Source: a virus. Taken from it: DNA of 43,514 nucleotides. Position numbers and translations under genes: made by a program. A model generated the notes under the pieces. The model saw only the letters and a list, made by a program, of their open reading frames with translations. It had not been told where the DNA came from and ran no database searches. The stretch is taken from IMG/VR virus record IMGVR_UViG_3300012917_000001, positions 1 to 43,514 of that record. One strand, 5' to 3'. Position 1 is the stretch's first letter. Each line of letters opens with the position of its first letter. Shown piece after piece: positions 41,601 to 43,514 of this stretch.

Positions 41601-42797
41601 TTACGCGATAAAACCGGAAGCAGTTGAAATCCAATTGAAGGCAATCTTCACGGGCGCCGTCGTAGCAGTTCCAGTACTAATATAGAACCGAGGCATGAGA
41701 GTTGCGTTAGCTACCGGCAATTTAGCAGTAGCTGTTGGGATATTATAGGTAACAGTACCCTGGCCTCCAGATTCCAAATCTGTTAACGTAGCGACAACAT
41801 TACCTAATACGTCGCATGTTATGTACATTTTAAGCATGTGGTCTTGTATACCAATCCATGTCATGCCAGTATCGGTTTTGGTAGCAGTTCCTGAGTTGTT
41901 GTTATAGATGAACTGTATATTTGTGTCGCCAGTATCTTTACTGAAGCCCACGCAGTTCAAAATGGCACTAGGTACTTGATTACCCGCTAGAGCGGCGCCA
42001 GAAGGGCCTATTCCAACAAACATAGTGTTGCCGGTTATTCCGCTGTCAAACCCGCCATACCACACGAGGGCGAAGCCGCCTACTGGCAACGCCGGGCTTA
42101 AGAGGCGGAACATTGATTGCTCTAAGGCAGAGCCAAATAGACCGCCGTCTAGCTCACTCTGCTGGTTAGCAGAACCTGTAGCAGTCGCTAGCCTTGCATT
42201 CGCGGAAGCTGCGAAAATCGTAGTTGCCCCCGGCACTGCAGCAAAGCCGGCAAAGCCGCCAGTACTTCCGGCCGATGACCATGCGGGGCCGTTACCCCCT
42301 GAGCCAGTTCCGGCCGCAAGCGAACCTGCTCCAGTACATTCGGTAGTAGTCCATCGCATAACAGATCCGAAACCAGAACTGAACGACGCGCTGGGGTTGC
42401 CATTTATGGCATATTGCCCCGGCGGGGCAGTCAGCGCAGGTATGCCATTTACAAACAAACCAGTGGCATTGATTGTGCCCGACCCTTGGCTACTACCCGT
42501 GGCTCCTGCCAAGAATACACCGCCATCGCTAGCTATCGACACACGCAATACACTATTTGAAGCTAGACCGAGCGTATTAGCGGAAGGTAGATATATGCCA
42601 TTAGCCGGAGCTACATTCCCCGTGACATTTATACTCGCAAAGCTAGTACCAAAGCCGGAGTCTTGCTTACTATTTATAGCAGTTTGAATATTACCAAACT
42701 CTACGTCGTACGCGGCCCCAAAGATCGTTTTATTAGGATCAGTTGCCGGCAGCGTATCTTTCGGAGTGAAGAAGGTAGTCTGGGTGTAGTTACTCAT
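41601..42797 (-). CDS. Fibre/tail-appendage-like protein, 398 aa
   Basis: N-terminal FFTPKDTLPATDPNKTIFGAAYDVEFGNIQTAINSKQD is fibre-type. The body is G/A/T/S-rich. TAATG-coupled upstream. Confidence 0.6.
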   Translation of the reverse strand: MSNYTQTTFFTPKDTLPATDPNKTIFGAAYDVEFGNIQTAINSKQDSGFGTSFASINVTGNVAPANGIYLPSANTLGLASNSVLRVSIASDGGVFLAGATGSSQGSGTINATGLFVNGIPALTAPPGQYAINGNPSASFSSGFGSVMRWTTTECTGAGSLAAGTGSGGNGPAWSSAGSTGGFAGFAAVPGATTIFAASANARLATATGSANQQSELDGGLFGSALEQSMFRLLSPALPVGGFALVWYGGFDSGITGNTMFVGIGPSGAALAGNQVPSAILNCVGFSKDTGDTNIQFIYNNNSGTATKTDTGMTWIGIQDHMLKMYITCDVLGNVVATLTDLESGGQGTVTYNIPTATAKLPVANATLMPRFYISTGTATTAPVKIAFNWISTASGFIA

Positions 42798-43514
42798 TAC
42801 GCGACACGTCCTAGTTTAACGGCGGCTTGAACCTGCTGTAGAGCGAAGACAGTGGTCACGCTCACAGTCATGCCAAATTGATAGTACTGGCCTCGGGCGC
42901 GCGAATCGTAGGTAACGAACACGGATGTTGCCCCGCCGCCATATTGGCCGATGCCATATTGACCAATACCGTACTGTGCATTGTTGCCAAAGCTGGCTAA
43001 ATTAAAGCTAGCTGAATTAGTCAGATTAGAGAAATCCGTACCCCAAGTTATACCCACAACGGCATTACCACCAGTGAATATGATGGCCTTGTAGCGCTTC
43101 AACATCTTCAGATGCACTGAAAGCTGTGGCCCGCCCTGTTGCGCAAAGGATATCCAAGGAGAAATCCAACTAAAGTCGTAGGCTAGGGTTTCGTCTGTAT
43201 TGCCAGTATATAGACCAACTTTGCCTGCTGTGCGCGCGATGTACATGAGGTTGTTATGGGATGTCATCATCGCCGTAGCGCGCATGCTCCATGTCGTTAC
43301 AGGCGAGCACACATTACCTGTGTCGTCTTGATAGCGCCTGCGTTGATCGAGCGCCCAAACCGTACTAGATGAAGGGGCATTTAATATGTAAAACCCAGTC
43401 AGTGGATTATACGTCGCCTGTAGTGCGTTAGGCGTCTCTTTGGTAATCTGTGCTAACAGAGAATCGCGGACATACTTGCCGAGATTGTATGTAGGATTAT
43501 TGCGGTCTGCTGTC
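42797..43514 (-). CDS. C-terminal part of the 613-aa wrap-around structural protein (unique part 42797..43391; 43392..43514 duplicates 1..123)
   Basis: The frame of track ORF 42797..43312 stays open upstream to the window end and is in phase with the ATG at 1247 across the repeat. Confidence 0.8.
   Translation of the reverse strand, partial: TADRNNPTYNLGKYVRDSLLAQITKETPNALQATYNPLTGFYILNAPSSSTVWALDQRRRYQDDTGNVCSPVTTWSMRATAMMTSHNNLMYIARTAGKVGLYTGNTDETLAYDFSWISPWISFAQQGGPQLSVHLKMLKRYKAIIFTGGNAVVGITWGTDFSNLTNSASFNLASFGNNAQYGIGQYGIGQYGGGATSVFVTYDSRARGQYYQFGMTVSVTTVFALQQVQAAVKLGRVA
43392..43514. repeat. Second copy of the 123-bp terminal direct repeat
   Basis: Identical to 1..123. Confidence 0.9.

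Noticed and set aside
42939-42976. Short tandem DNA repeat (encodes QYGIGQYGIGQYGGG)
   Set aside because: It is only a two-to-three-copy 15-nt coding repeat inside the structural ORF. It is not a CRISPR or VNTR-type array.
1-43514. Lysogeny module, CRISPR array, retron/DGR, transposase or phage RNA polymerase
   Set aside because: I looked through all ORFs of 60 aa or more on both strands. None shows integrase/recombinase, reverse-transcriptase, Cas, transposase or single-subunit RNAP motifs or sizes. No spacer-repeat periodicity was seen.

Overview
The window is a complete, circularly closed tailed-phage genome with about 43.4 kb of unique sequence. Bases 1-123 are identical to 43392-43514, and a 613-codon structural ORF reads in frame across that junction. 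The layout is podovirus-like, with a T7-type replication module but no phage RNA polymerase. Two divergent gene arms leave a 1.2-kb ORF-free control region (14644-15865). The minus arm runs 14643 -> 1 and wraps 43391 -> 35168. It carries small unknown genes (acidic, His-rich, micro-membrane), a small-terminase-like gene, large terminase, portal, scaffold and major capsid. It also carries several fibre-like proteins, tail/ejection proteins, a 3TM holin and a GH24 lysozyme. The plus arm runs 15866 -> 35268. It starts with terminator-bounded short early genes, followed by an amidoligase + class-II glutamine-amidotransferase pair and a sigma-70 region-2-only protein. It continues with Zn-ribbon/TOPRIM primase, an LMW phosphatase-like protein, envelope-targeted small proteins, DnaB-like helicase and family-A DNA polymerase. 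It ends with an SSB-like protein, FEN exonuclease, HNH endonuclease, a T7 endonuclease-I-like resolvase and nucleotide-metabolism-like genes. Genes are tightly packed with many TAATG/ATGA/ATGCTRR start-stop overlaps. At least nine likely genes fall below the 60-aa track cut-off. I saw no tRNA, rRNA, CRISPR array, integrase or transposase. The best candidates for undescribed biology are listed here. (1) The Zn-ribbon-fused amidoligase / GAT-II / micro-peptide / sigma-like module (17974-21377). (2) The ORF-free control region, with a 230-nt run of seven unrelated hairpins and CACTTG/TGTAAG repeat arrays. (3) A train of five translationally coupled micro-ORFs that steps -1 frame at each junction. 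(4) A dual-coding Zn-finger/lipoprotein overlap. All functional names come from motif recognition by eye, not from database searches.
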